Origin: Minisyncoccota bacterium
GTDB lineage: Bacteria; Patescibacteriota; Patescibacteriia; SG8-24; DYFX01
Length of the DNA stretch: 64,000 bases
Assembly (NCBI GenBank): GCA_052034355.1
Contig: JBPOIQ010000002.1
Span: 1,555-65,554 of the forward strand
Reading direction: 5' to 3'
Part shown: positions 18,199 through 27,503 of the stretch, in pieces
How the letters are laid out: the number at the start of each line of letters is the position of its first letter
Numbering within the stretch: the stretch's first letter is position 1
Notes under the pieces: generated by a model
What the model saw: the letters and a program-made list of their open reading frames with translations, nothing else
Databases searched by the model: none
What the model was told of the DNA's origin: nothing
Position numbers and translations under genes: made by a program

Positions 18199-19185
18199 AT
18201 GCGAGGTTCGCACGGACGCGTGATCGCCATGCTTCTGATCGGTGTCGCTACGACGGCGTCGCTGTTCTTGTGGTATCGGTCTGCGGCGCCTCGAAAGCAG
18301 GCGGTCGCCTATGGCGTCACTTTCTCGACCTCCTATGCGAAGGAGCTTGGGTTGGATTGGAAGCAGGCGTTTATTGCGACACTCGACGATCTTGGCGTCA
18401 GGCATTTCCGCATCCCTGTCTATTGGAACGCCGTTGAAAAGGAGCAAGGTGCGAGAGACTGGTCGGAAGTCGATTGGATGCTTGAAGAGGCCGAGAAACG
18501 CGGTGCAAGCGTGATTCTGGCGGTGGGTCGGAAAACGCCTCGTTGGCCGGAGTGCCACGTGCCGGAGTGGGCGATGGCGCTTTCGCCCGAAAAGCAAAAC
18601 GAACGCGTGCTTGAATTTTTGGCTGCGGAAATCGAGCATTTTAAAGACGCTCCGGCTGTGAAGCGATGGCAAGTCGAAAACGAACCGATGTTTCGGTTCG
18701 GAAAATGCCCGCCTCCCGACCGTGAAATGCTGAAGAGGGAAATCGCGCTCGTACGCGAGCTGGACACGCGGCCTGTCATGGTGACCGACAGCGGCGAGTT
18801 GTCGAGCTGGCTCCGTGTGGGGCCCTTGGCCGACGTGCTCGGCATCAGTATGTATCGACTCGTGTGGAACTCGACCGTGGGAACGTTGTACTGGCCGGTT
18901 GCGCCGACGTTTTATAAAGATCGGATTCGGTTTCTGAAACCCGTGCTGCGTGACGTCGTTGTGAGCGAATTGCAGGCTGAGCCTTGGTTCCACAAGGCGG
19001 TGGCCGAGACGCCGCTTGAAGAGCAGTTCGAGCAGATGAACCCGGTAAAGCTCAGGTCGAACATACGCTTCGCGGCAGCTTCCGGTGCATCAGAGGTGTA
19101 TCTGTGGGGCGTCGAATGGTGGTATTGGGCCTCGCGTCAGGGTCGTCCGGAACTGTGGGAAGCGGCAAAACCTTTTTATCAATAA
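18199..19185 (+). CDS. secreted clan GH-A glycoside hydrolase (GH42/GH5-like)
   Basis: N-terminal TM; RIPVYW..VE, WQVENEP acid/base, SELQAEPW nucleophile. Confidence 0.75.
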   Translation: MRGSHGRVIAMLLIGVATTASLFLWYRSAAPRKQAVAYGVTFSTSYAKELGLDWKQAFIATLDDLGVRHFRIPVYWNAVEKEQGARDWSEVDWMLEEAEKRGASVILAVGRKTPRWPECHVPEWAMALSPEKQNERVLEFLAAEIEHFKDAPAVKRWQVENEPMFRFGKCPPPDREMLKREIALVRELDTRPVMVTDSGELSSWLRVGPLADVLGISMYRLVWNSTVGTLYWPVAPTFYKDRIRFLKPVLRDVVVSELQAEPWFHKAVAETPLEEQFEQMNPVKLRSNIRFAAASGASEVYLWGVEWWYWASRQGRPELWEAAKPFYQ

Positions 19186-19192
19186 CGCCACT

Positions 19193-20332
19193 ATGAAAGA
19201 AGGCGCGACCGTTTCGCGGGTGCTTGAGGGCGTGAATATCCTGCCTGAGCTTTTGGATGCCACGCCAAACGCCTGCCTTTTCATCTTGGAAGACGGGACG
19301 ATCGAATTTGCGAGCCGTGCGTTCGGGGAGCTCTTCGGCATTGAACCCTCGGCGATCGTCGGTCGCACGTTGAAAGATGTCGAACAGGAGTGGTCCGGAA
19401 AATTTGCCGATATTCTGTCGTATCACGAAACGGTGACACATCCGTTCGAAGATCGGGAGACGCGTTTTTTGCGCGATGTCGAAATCTCTTCCCCGGAACG
19501 GGCGTTTCTTGAGATGAAAAGCAGTCCGGTGCGCAAGGAGGGCTCCTATCTTGGCCGTTTGTGGGTCATTCGCGATATTACGAATGAACGGGAAATCACG
19601 CAGCTCAAAATCCGCTACGGCGGCCAGCGCAACGCCGACGAACTGAAGTCGAAGTTCATGACAGTCGTTTCGCATCAGCTGCGCACGCCGATGAACGTCA
19701 TGCGGTGGAATTTGGACGTGCTGCTCTCCGGCGACGCCGGCGAGATTCCGAAAGAGGCTGCCGATCTGCTGCGCGACGCCTACAAGAGCCTGATCGTCAG
19801 CTTGTCGATCATCGACGACATGCTTCTCGCGGTCGATATCGAGCAGCAGGCGTTCCGTCTGGAAAAAGTCTCGGTCGACGTTTCGGCGATTATCGGAAAA
19901 GTCGTACGCGATTTTTCACGCAGCGTCTCGTTGCGCAAACAGACGCTTGTATTCGATCCACCCAAGAACCTGACGCCGCTCTTCGTCGATCCGGCACGTA
20001 TAGAAAAGGTGTTTATTCGATTGCTCGATAATGCCGTCAAATATACGCCGGACGGCGGACGGATCGCGATCGAAATCCATCCGACGAAAGACTCGCTGGA
20101 CATCGAGTTCCACGATTCGGGTATCGGTATGTCGGATGCCGACCGTGAACGGTTGTTCGAGCGGTTTTATCGCTCCAAACGCGCTATTGAAATGAATCCG
20201 AATGCTTCCGGTCTTGGGCTCTTCATCGCCAAGTTTATCGTCGCGGCTCATGAAGGGCAGCTCCGGTACCGTCCGGCAGACGGCGGCGGTTCCGTTTTTA
20301 CGGTCTCTTTGCCGCGACGCGCTTCTTCGTGA
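19193..20332 (+). CDS. cytoplasmic PAS-domain sensor histidine kinase
   Basis: SHQLRTP H-box, LLDNAVKY N-box, DSGIG, FERFYR, GLGL. Confidence 0.92.
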   Translation: MKEGATVSRVLEGVNILPELLDATPNACLFILEDGTIEFASRAFGELFGIEPSAIVGRTLKDVEQEWSGKFADILSYHETVTHPFEDRETRFLRDVEISSPERAFLEMKSSPVRKEGSYLGRLWVIRDITNEREITQLKIRYGGQRNADELKSKFMTVVSHQLRTPMNVMRWNLDVLLSGDAGEIPKEAADLLRDAYKSLIVSLSIIDDMLLAVDIEQQAFRLEKVSVDVSAIIGKVVRDFSRSVSLRKQTLVFDPPKNLTPLFVDPARIEKVFIRLLDNAVKYTPDGGRIAIEIHPTKDSLDIEFHDSGIGMSDADRERLFERFYRSKRAIEMNPNASGLGLFIAKFIVAAHEGQLRYRPADGGGSVFTVSLPRRASS

Positions 20333-20392
20333 TGCCGCTTGTTTCGGGATCGTGTTTCGGGTATGATGCCCGCATAAGTCTTGCGTTTTCCC

Positions 20393-20767
20393 ATGGCTAA
20401 AACCGTATTGATCGTCGAGGATGAACCGAGCATGCAGCGAGCGCTCAAAAGCAAGCTCGAGCATGGCGGTTACGACGTGAAAGCCGCTGCCGACGGCGAG
20501 GAAGCAGTGACGATTTTGAAGACGGTGGTGCCGGAGCTGGTGCTGCTCGATCTCATCATGCCGAAAATCGACGGCATTTCCGTCCTGCGTCAGATGAAGG
20601 CGGATGATCGGCTTCGTTCCGTGCCCGTCATCATTCTCACGAACCTCAGCTCAGGCGATAAGGTCGCCGAAGCGATGGCACTCGGCACATTCGACTTCCT
20701 CGTGAAGGCGAACTACTCCCTGGACGACGTCCTTAGAAAAGTCACGGAACGGATCGGAGCACCGTAA
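20393..20767 (+). CDS. single-domain response regulator (CheY-like)
   Basis: LIVEDE, LLDLIMP, LT, K motifs; no output domain. Confidence 0.92.
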   Translation: MAKTVLIVEDEPSMQRALKSKLEHGGYDVKAAADGEEAVTILKTVVPELVLLDLIMPKIDGISVLRQMKADDRLRSVPVIILTNLSSGDKVAEAMALGTFDFLVKANYSLDDVLRKVTERIGAP

Positions 20768-20799
20768 GCCCTTGACCGGGCGCGCGGGAAGGAGGACCT

Positions 20800-21930
20800 G
20801 TGCCGATACCACATCACATTTTGAAAGAACCCAAGATCGATGAAGCTGTCGATCTTCTTTTGCGCGACGCGGCGACCTCCGACGTTACGGAGATTTTCTT
20901 GTTGCCGACGGCGAAGGATGCGGTCGTGCGCGTGCGACGCGACGGCATGGTGCACGAATGGTTTCATCAATCGAAAGAATCGCATGCGCGATTCGTTCGT
21001 CATTTGAAAACGCTGGCGCGATTGCGCGACGACGTCGAGTATACCTGCCAGGAACACGCTTTGCGCCGCGTTGTGGGCAACATTGAAATCGAGGGCCAGC
21101 TCGCGGTCGTTCCTGTGCTTGAGGGGGAGAAGGCCGTTCTGCGGCTTCATTCGCAGCGTCCGGGATTGGCCGAACTCGGCCTCTCGACCGCACAGCGTGC
21201 CCAGATCGAACGTTGTTTGAAAAAACCTTCTGGACTGCTCGTGCTTGCCGGACCGCGTCGCTCTGGCCGTACGACGACGCTCTATGCGCTTTTGGAGAGC
21301 GCGCATGCTTTGGGGAGGCAGGTTTCGCTCATCGAGTCCGTCTCGGAAGCCGAACTGCACGGCATCGATCAGGAGACGACGGATCCGGTTTCCGGAAGAA
21401 CGACGTCGGCGCTCTTGCGCGCGGCAATTGCGCGCGGGGCGGACGTACTTGGTCTTGGGGCTGTGCGCGACGAATCGACCGCCGCACTTGCCGTCTCCGC
21501 CGCCGAGCATCGTCTCGTGATTGTCGTTGTCGAAGGTGGGACACTCACGAAGGCTTTGAACAGGCTGTTGGAATTGCGGATCGAACCTCGCGCTTTGGCG
21601 CGCGTCTTGTCGGGAGTGCTTTTGCAGCGCCTTGCGCGGCGCGTTTGTGCTGAGTGTCGCAAACACGTCACGCTCTCCGTCGAGGAGGCTTCGCGCGCTT
21701 GGCCGCGAGCGCTGGTGCAGCGCGTGTTCGGAAAGAATCGCTCGCAGACATTCGTGCGCGGGGCGAAGTGCGCCGCTTGCCGATACACCGGCGATCGAGG
21801 GCAAGTCGGCTTGTTTGAATGGAGGAATTTGCTCGTGCCGGAACGACATCCGGCGACGTTGGTCGACGACGGAGTCAGGAAAGCGCTTTCCGGAGAGATC
21901 GCTCCGGAGGAAATTTTGCGCCTGTCGTAA
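20800..21930 (+). CDS. GspE/PilB-family ATPase homolog with degenerate catalytic motifs
   Basis: R.DG, GEKAVLR, QRLARRVCAEC...CAACRYTG.RG; Walker A GPRRSGRTT, Walker B GAVRD. Confidence 0.8.
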   Translation: MPIPHHILKEPKIDEAVDLLLRDAATSDVTEIFLLPTAKDAVVRVRRDGMVHEWFHQSKESHARFVRHLKTLARLRDDVEYTCQEHALRRVVGNIEIEGQLAVVPVLEGEKAVLRLHSQRPGLAELGLSTAQRAQIERCLKKPSGLLVLAGPRRSGRTTTLYALLESAHALGRQVSLIESVSEAELHGIDQETTDPVSGRTTSALLRAAIARGADVLGLGAVRDESTAALAVSAAEHRLVIVVVEGGTLTKALNRLLELRIEPRALARVLSGVLLQRLARRVCAECRKHVTLSVEEASRAWPRALVQRVFGKNRSQTFVRGAKCAACRYTGDRGQVGLFEWRNLLVPERHPATLVDDGVRKALSGEIAPEEILRLS

Positions 21931-21971
21931 GATCGTTTTCGGCGACCGAAGAATGGCGACAGGGTGCGTTC

Positions 21972-22000
21972 TTGACGGGCGCGGAAGGGTGTGCTATACA
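21972..22000 (+). promoter_or_regulatory. promoter of candidate sRNA
   Basis: TTGACG-17 nt-(TGc)TATACA. Confidence 0.6.
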
Positions 22001-22143
22001 GGCGTTGATCTGGGCGCCTGTCCCAGGGGTTCCGCGCCACGCCTCCTCACGTGGTGGCAGGATGTACCGACGCGTCGAGACTCGAGGCCGTCGGTTGTGA
22101 GCCGACACGCCGCCATGAATACCGGATTCACGGCGGTTTTTTA
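22001..22143 (+). ncRNA. candidate structured small RNA, family not recognised
   Basis: Promoter upstream; stems CTGGG/CCCAG, CGCCACG/CGTGGTG, ACCGACG/CGTCGGT; terminator CCGCCATGAAT/ATTCACGGCGG+T6; no credible ORF. Confidence 0.55.
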
Positions 22144-22198
22144 TTTGCTATACTGTGCCCATCTTCTGAGTATTATCCACACCGGCTGGCCGTACCGT

Positions 22199-22777
22199 AT
22201 GTCCAAAGAAGTCGTCCTCGACATTGAAACGCAAAACAGCTTTGCCGACGTCGGCGGAGCGAACCATGACAAGCTCAAAATTTCGCTGATTGGCGTCTAT
22301 TATTACGAAACCGACGAATACGTCAGTTATCTCGAGCATGAATTGCCGAATCTTTGGCCGCGCCTCGAACACGCCGAACGGATCATCGGGTACAACACCA
22401 AAGGATTCGACTATTTGGTGATGAACGCCTACTACGCGGGCGACGTTTCGGTATTTCCAAGCCTCGACATTCTTGAAGAAATCGCCAAGGCACTCGGTTT
22501 CCGCGTGAAACTTGACGATGTCGCTTCGGCGACGCTCGGGTACGGCAAGTCCGGACACGGTCTTCAAGCGATTGAATTTTTCCGCAAAGGCGAACTCGAC
22601 AAGCTGCGCGACTACTGCTTGATGGACGTCAAAGTCACCAAGGAAGTCTACGAGTACGGCAAGGCGCACGGCGAGGTGTTTTACTTCGACCGCGCCGGCG
22701 TGAAGCGCGCCGTCAAGGTAAATCTCGGCATGCCCAGCGCGAAACCGAATCCGATCAACCTGACGATGCCGTTTTGA
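22199..22777 (+). CDS. RNase H-like (DEDD/YprB-like) exonuclease domain protein
   Basis: LDIET, GYN..GFD, LD, KLD.VA...LG, YC..DV. Confidence 0.8.
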   Translation: MSKEVVLDIETQNSFADVGGANHDKLKISLIGVYYYETDEYVSYLEHELPNLWPRLEHAERIIGYNTKGFDYLVMNAYYAGDVSVFPSLDILEEIAKALGFRVKLDDVASATLGYGKSGHGLQAIEFFRKGELDKLRDYCLMDVKVTKEVYEYGKAHGEVFYFDRAGVKRAVKVNLGMPSAKPNPINLTMPF

Positions 22778-22815
22778 GACGTCGCACGGAGAAATAAAAA
22801 ACTGACCGCAAGCGG

Positions 22816-23061
22816 TCAGAAGAAGAACGATCCGACAGTGTCGTAGAGGAGCCAGCCCAGGATCAGGGCCGCGATGTAGAGCCCGTAGAGCATGATCGCC
22901 GCACCAGCGATGCGCGCGTACAGCGGCCTCGGGGTGACCATCGTGAGGAAGCCTGCGGCAGCGATGGCGAATGCTCCGATCAGGAGGTGCCCGCTGCGGA
23001 AGGCGAGATAGCCCAGAATCCCCAAGGCGTAGATGGCGATTTTCAACGTTTTTTCGGACAC
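22816..23061 (-). CDS. small 3-TM membrane protein (SD-led)
   Basis: AAGGAGG SD; promoter TTGACG-17-TACGCT at 23116-23088; hydrophobic. Confidence 0.65.
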   Translation of the reverse strand: MSEKTLKIAIYALGILGYLAFRSGHLLIGAFAIAAAGFLTMVTPRPLYARIAGAAIMLYGLYIAALILGWLLYDTVGSFFF

Positions 23062-23203
23062 GACGGCCTCCTTTTGGCGATGTCGCCAGCGTAGGCGAAG
23101 AAGAGGGGAACGTCAATATGGGGGTCTTGATACGTCGGTCGCGACCGACGTATCTTGCCAAAACCGCCCGGGGCATGTAGGATGGCCACGTTCACCAGCC
23201 CGT

Positions 23204-23278
23204 CGGAATGTAGCTCAGCGGTAGAGCGCTCGCTTCGGGTGCGAGAGGCCGCAGGTTCAATCCCTGTCATTCCGACCA
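23204..23278 (+). tRNA. tRNA-Pro(CGG)
   Basis: CGGAATG/CATTCCG acceptor, CTCGC-TTCGGGT-GCGAG anticodon arm, encoded CCA. Confidence 0.96.
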
Positions 23279-23280
23279 TG

Positions 23281-23310
23281 GAAAACACTCGGTTACGCCG
23301 GGTGTTTTTC
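23281..23310 (+). terminator. terminator after tRNA-Pro
   Basis: AAAACACTCGG-ttacg-CCGGGTGTTTT. Confidence 0.7.
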
Positions 23311-23362
23311 GTACACCACGGTTTCTTGACCCGTTCGCCACGCGTTCGTGTAGAATGCCACC

Positions 23363-24628
23363 ATGGATCTCTTCGACCTCAAAACTGAAAAAACCAAGGA
23401 ATCCCAGACGCCGCTCGCGGAACTTATGCGCCCGCGGATGCTCGACGACCTTGTCGGGCAAGAGGAGCTGGTCGGCGAGGGGTCGTCGTTACGCACGCTT
23501 TTGGAGTTGGATGCGGTCCCTTCGATGATTTTTTGGGGGCCGCCCGGAGTCGGCAAGACGACGCTTGCGAGAATCATCGCCGGCATGACCAAGTCGCGCT
23601 TCGTTTCGCTTTCGGCTACCAGTTCCGGCATTGCCGACTTGAAGCGCGCGGTTGAAGAGGCACGCGAACGCCGGGTGCTTCATGGCGACAAGACGATCGT
23701 CTTCGTCGACGAAATTCATCGCTGGAACAAGGCGCAGCAAGACGCGTTCCTGCCGCACGTCGAGGACGGCACGGTTACCCTGATCGGCGCCACGACGGAG
23801 AATCCTTCGATCGAAGTCAACAGCGCTTTGTTGTCGCGTTCGCGCGTGTTCGTACTCAAGGCGCTGACGGTTGAAGCGATCGAGGCGGTGCTTGATCGCG
23901 CGCTCGCGCTCGTGCAGGAACGAGGTGTGTATCCCTACAAAATTAAGCTCGACAAGGAGGCGGTGAAATACCTGGCGAGGATCGCGAATGGCGACGCGCG
24001 CTCGGCCTTGAACGGCCTGGAACTCGGACTACGCAGCGTTCGGCCGGACGCGAAAAACGTGGTATTCTTGAAGAAGGAAGCGCTGGCCAAAACGCTTCAA
24101 AAAAACCATCTCCTGTACGATCGCCAGGGCGAAGAGCACTACAACATCATCTCGGCGCTGCATAAGTCGATGCGCGGTTCCGATGCCGATGCCGCGCTCT
24201 ACTGGCTCGGCCGCATGCTCGAAGCGGGAGAGGATCCTCTGTATGTCGCACGTCGCATTGTGCGGTTCTCTTCGGAAGATATCGGACTCGCCGATCCGCA
24301 AGCGCTCGTGCAGTGCGTGGCCGCGTACCAGGCATGTCACCAGCTCGGAATGCCGGAGTGCAACGTGATCTTGGCGCAGGCCGTGGCATATTGCGCCCGC
24401 GCGCCGAAATCGAACGCGCTGTATGTCGGATATCAAAAAGTCCAGTCCGACATCCGCGAGTTTCCGAACGAGGGCGTGCCGCTCCATTTGCGGAACGCGC
24501 CGACCGCGCTCATGAAAAACGTCGGGTACGGTAAAGGCTATAAATACAATCCAGATTTCAAGGAGCCGGTCGAACAAGAGTATTTGCCGGCCGCATTGAA
24601 AGGAAGGAAGTATCTCGAAGATGTCTAA
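23363..24628 (+). CDS. rarA: replication-associated recombination protein A (RarA/MgsA)
   Basis: PLAE.MRP, GPPGVGKTT, DEIHR, ATTENP, HY..ISALHKSMRGSD, SEDIG.ADP. Confidence 0.96.
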   Translation: MDLFDLKTEKTKESQTPLAELMRPRMLDDLVGQEELVGEGSSLRTLLELDAVPSMIFWGPPGVGKTTLARIIAGMTKSRFVSLSATSSGIADLKRAVEEARERRVLHGDKTIVFVDEIHRWNKAQQDAFLPHVEDGTVTLIGATTENPSIEVNSALLSRSRVFVLKALTVEAIEAVLDRALALVQERGVYPYKIKLDKEAVKYLARIANGDARSALNGLELGLRSVRPDAKNVVFLKKEALAKTLQKNHLLYDRQGEEHYNIISALHKSMRGSDADAALYWLGRMLEAGEDPLYVARRIVRFSSEDIGLADPQALVQCVAAYQACHQLGMPECNVILAQAVAYCARAPKSNALYVGYQKVQSDIREFPNEGVPLHLRNAPTALMKNVGYGKGYKYNPDFKEPVEQEYLPAALKGRKYLEDV

Positions 24629-25802
24629 ACGCGCCATTATTCTCGGAGCGTTCGCGCTGGTCGCTGTCGCGACGGCTTTCTCTTTTTTGCGCGAACCCGA
24701 TCCGCAAGCCGTCCTTCGCCAGGCGGCGAAAAACGTGCTGGCGGAAAAATCGTTTCATCTCGACGTGCGCGGAACGATCGTCGGTTTGCCGAAAGGACTT
24801 GAGGGCGGCGTCGTAGCTGATGCGACGGGGGTCGACATGACCGCGAGTATGGATATCGATCGCACTGATCCGATGCGCCAAGCTTCGGTTTCGACCTTCG
24901 AATTGATGCAAGGCCTTTCGACGGGCGGTCAAGCCAAGCTTGCAGGTGAGGCGCGTCGCAAGAATGGCGTGCATTATCTGCGCCTCAGCGCGTTGGAAGG
25001 TGTTCAAGGTCTTGAAGCAAAGCGCATTGTCGGCACGTGGATGAAAGCTGGGCAGCCGTTTATCGACTTGTTGCTCGCTTCCGGCGCGCCGGAGCCGGAT
25101 ATGGATGCCTCCGAAGTAGAAGCGATGAAGCTTCGCGCGCGTTCGGTTGATCTGTTCACGGTCGTGAAAAAACTCCCGAACGAGACGGTTGCAGGCGCGA
25201 AATCGTTTCACTATGCGGTTGAGTTGAATATGGAGGTCGTTTCGGCGCTTCTTTTGAAGCGTCGGGAAATGCGGTTGGACCGGGAGATGACCTCCGAAGA
25301 CGTGCTGGCCGTCACGGAAGAGCTTCTGCAATGGAACCGGCCAGTTGGCGAAATTTGGGTTGATGCGCGCACGCGGAAGGTGAAACAGCTCACGCTGGGT
25401 ACCGCGCTTGGACAAGATGGTAAAGGAGGCGCTGCCGCCGCGACACTCACGTTTTCCAACGAGGGTAAACCCGTCACTATTCAGGTTCCGGAGGCGGAAG
25501 ACGTCGATAAGGTGCTCGGTCCGCTTTTTGAAAAACGCCTGAGCCTGTCTGGTTCGCGCGCCAAAACGCAAGGCTCCGCTGAAGCCGAGAAAGAAACCGC
25601 AACCGCTCTGCCCGTCCTTCCGGGGACGGCTGCACAAAATACCGACACCGACAACGATGGATTATCCGACGCGCAAGAAGCTTTTTACGGCGCTGATGCT
25701 TGGAATCCCGACACCGACGGCGACGGTTATATGGACGGTCTTGAGGTCGACAAAGGCATGAATCCGCTCGGTCCTGGGCCTTTGTTCGGATTCGGTCTAT
25801 GA
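24621..25802 (+). CDS. membrane-anchored surface protein with C-terminal TSP3-like Ca-binding motifs
   Basis: N-terminal TM; DTDNDGLSD.QE and DTDGDGY.DG.EV..G.NP. Confidence 0.7.
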   Translation: MSKRAIILGAFALVAVATAFSFLREPDPQAVLRQAAKNVLAEKSFHLDVRGTIVGLPKGLEGGVVADATGVDMTASMDIDRTDPMRQASVSTFELMQGLSTGGQAKLAGEARRKNGVHYLRLSALEGVQGLEAKRIVGTWMKAGQPFIDLLLASGAPEPDMDASEVEAMKLRARSVDLFTVVKKLPNETVAGAKSFHYAVELNMEVVSALLLKRREMRLDREMTSEDVLAVTEELLQWNRPVGEIWVDARTRKVKQLTLGTALGQDGKGGAAAATLTFSNEGKPVTIQVPEAEDVDKVLGPLFEKRLSLSGSRAKTQGSAEAEKETATALPVLPGTAAQNTDTDNDGLSDAQEAFYGADAWNPDTDGDGYMDGLEVDKGMNPLGPGPLFGFGL

Positions 25803-27502
25803 ACCGCCTGCGGCTTCTGCGTATCGGTTTTTTTGCCGTCGGCCTGCTGCTTATCGGGCAGTTATTTCGCATCCAAGTACTCTCGCACGACTTCTACGCG
25901 GCGTTGGCTGAAGGTCAGCACGACCTTTTTGAGCATTTGTTTCCGGCGCGCGGAAAGATTTATGCGCGGGATCATCAGTCCGGCGACCAGACGTTTCTCT
26001 TGGCGACGAATCGTACCTTGAACTTGCTGTTTGCGGAGCCGTTCCGCATCAAGAATCCCATCAATACCGCCGACGCGCTCGCGCCGATTTTGAATATCGA
26101 CGCTGCGGAACTCAAAAATAAGATCTCGAGCCCGACGGAACGGTATCGCGTGCTGGCGCGCAAGCTTGATGATGAAACGCGGAAGAAGATCGAGGTTTTG
26201 CAGCTCGAAGGGATCGGTTTTACGAAAGAAGATTTTCGTTTTTATCCCGAAGGCGGCACGGGCGCGCAGATGCTCGGCTTCGTCGGGGAGAGCGACAAGG
26301 GGAAAAGCGGGCGCTACGGCATTGAAGGCTGGTTCGACAAGGAGCTCGCGGGCGCACAAGGATATCTGCAATCGGAGAAGGATTCCCGAGGCCGCGTCAT
26401 TGCGGTCGGCAATCGCACGATCCAGCCGGCCAAAGACGGCGATGATATCGTCTTGACGATTGATCGTACGGTGCAGTACGTCGCCTGCAAAAAACTCGAC
26501 GAATGGATCAAAAAATTCAACGCGCAGAAAGGCAGCGTTGTGATTCTTGATCCGCATACGGGCGGCATCATTGCCCTGTGCAACGCGCCGACCTTCGACC
26601 CCAACGAGTACGGGAAAATTGAAAATGTCGACGTCTATAACAATACGGCGATCTTTGAGCCGTACGAATCCGGTTCCGTGTTCAAGACGATCACGATGGC
26701 AGGCGGACTCGATTCCGGAAAAGTGCTGCCTACGACGATCTTCGACGATCCGGGTGAAATCAAAATCGGGCCGTTCACCATTCGCAACTCCGATCTCAAG
26801 GCGCATGGCCGCGTCGATATGACGACCGTGCTGGCTGAATCGCTCAACACAGGCATGGTCGACGTGGTGCATACTCTCGGACCGCAGAAGTTCTTGAGCT
26901 ACGTACGCGACTTCGGCTTCGGCCAAAAAACCGGAATCGAATTGCAGTCGGAGGGCGCAGGCAACATTGAGCCGCTTTCTCGCAAAGGCGATATCTGGTC
27001 GGCAACCGGTTCGTTCGGGCAAGGCATTACGGTTACCGTCTTGCAGCTCGCCTCCGCGTACGGAGCGATCGCCAACGACGGCGTATTGTTGAAACCGTAC
27101 ATCATCGACGAGATCCGTCATGGCGACGGTACGGTCGAGAAGCGGGCGCCGAAAACCGTACGAAACGTCATTTCGAAGCGCGCTGTCGATCTGCTCTCCG
27201 GCATGCTTGTCGCCGTCGTCGAGAAGGGGCATGGTAAGCGTGCCGGCGTTCCGGGGTATTGGATTGCCGGTAAAACCGGCACTGCCCAGATTCCGCGAGC
27301 CGACGGTGGAGGATATGAAGTCGGACCGACGATCGGCTCGTTTGCCGGGTTCGGGCCGGTCGACGATCCGAAGTTCGTGATGGTTGTCCGGGTCGACCGC
27401 CCCGAAGGCGTGCAGTTTGCCGAGTCGACTGCGGCTCCACTCTTCGGCGACATCGCCAAATATCTGCTGGATTATTATCAGGTACCGCCGACGCGCAAAT
27501 AA
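25799..27502 (+). CDS. class B penicillin-binding protein (FtsI/PBP2 family)
   Basis: RG.IY.R, R.YP, G.E, SVFK (SxxK), SLN, KTGT. Confidence 0.92.
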   Translation: MNRLRLLRIGFFAVGLLLIGQLFRIQVLSHDFYAALAEGQHDLFEHLFPARGKIYARDHQSGDQTFLLATNRTLNLLFAEPFRIKNPINTADALAPILNIDAAELKNKISSPTERYRVLARKLDDETRKKIEVLQLEGIGFTKEDFRFYPEGGTGAQMLGFVGESDKGKSGRYGIEGWFDKELAGAQGYLQSEKDSRGRVIAVGNRTIQPAKDGDDIVLTIDRTVQYVACKKLDEWIKKFNAQKGSVVILDPHTGGIIALCNAPTFDPNEYGKIENVDVYNNTAIFEPYESGSVFKTITMAGGLDSGKVLPTTIFDDPGEIKIGPFTIRNSDLKAHGRVDMTTVLAESLNTGMVDVVHTLGPQKFLSYVRDFGFGQKTGIELQSEGAGNIEPLSRKGDIWSATGSFGQGITVTVLQLASAYGAIANDGVLLKPYIIDEIRHGDGTVEKRAPKTVRNVISKRAVDLLSGMLVAVVEKGHGKRAGVPGYWIAGKTGTAQIPRADGGGYEVGPTIGSFAGFGPVDDPKFVMVVRVDRPEGVQFAESTAAPLFGDIAKYLLDYYQVPPTRK

Positions 27503-27503
27503 T

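Noticed and set aside
22010-22027. GGGCGCCTGTCCCAG resembles Alu/SRP 5' domain sequence
   Set aside because: Short match and no S-domain motif; probably coincidental
22173-22181. Perfect DnaA box TTATCCACA
   Set aside because: Single copy, no box cluster, no AT-rich unwinding element or dnaA nearby; not oriC
21632-22198. N-terminal extension of the 381-aa ORF in the track
   Set aside because: Overlaps the PilB-like gene and crosses a terminator; the nuclease domain begins at ATG 22199
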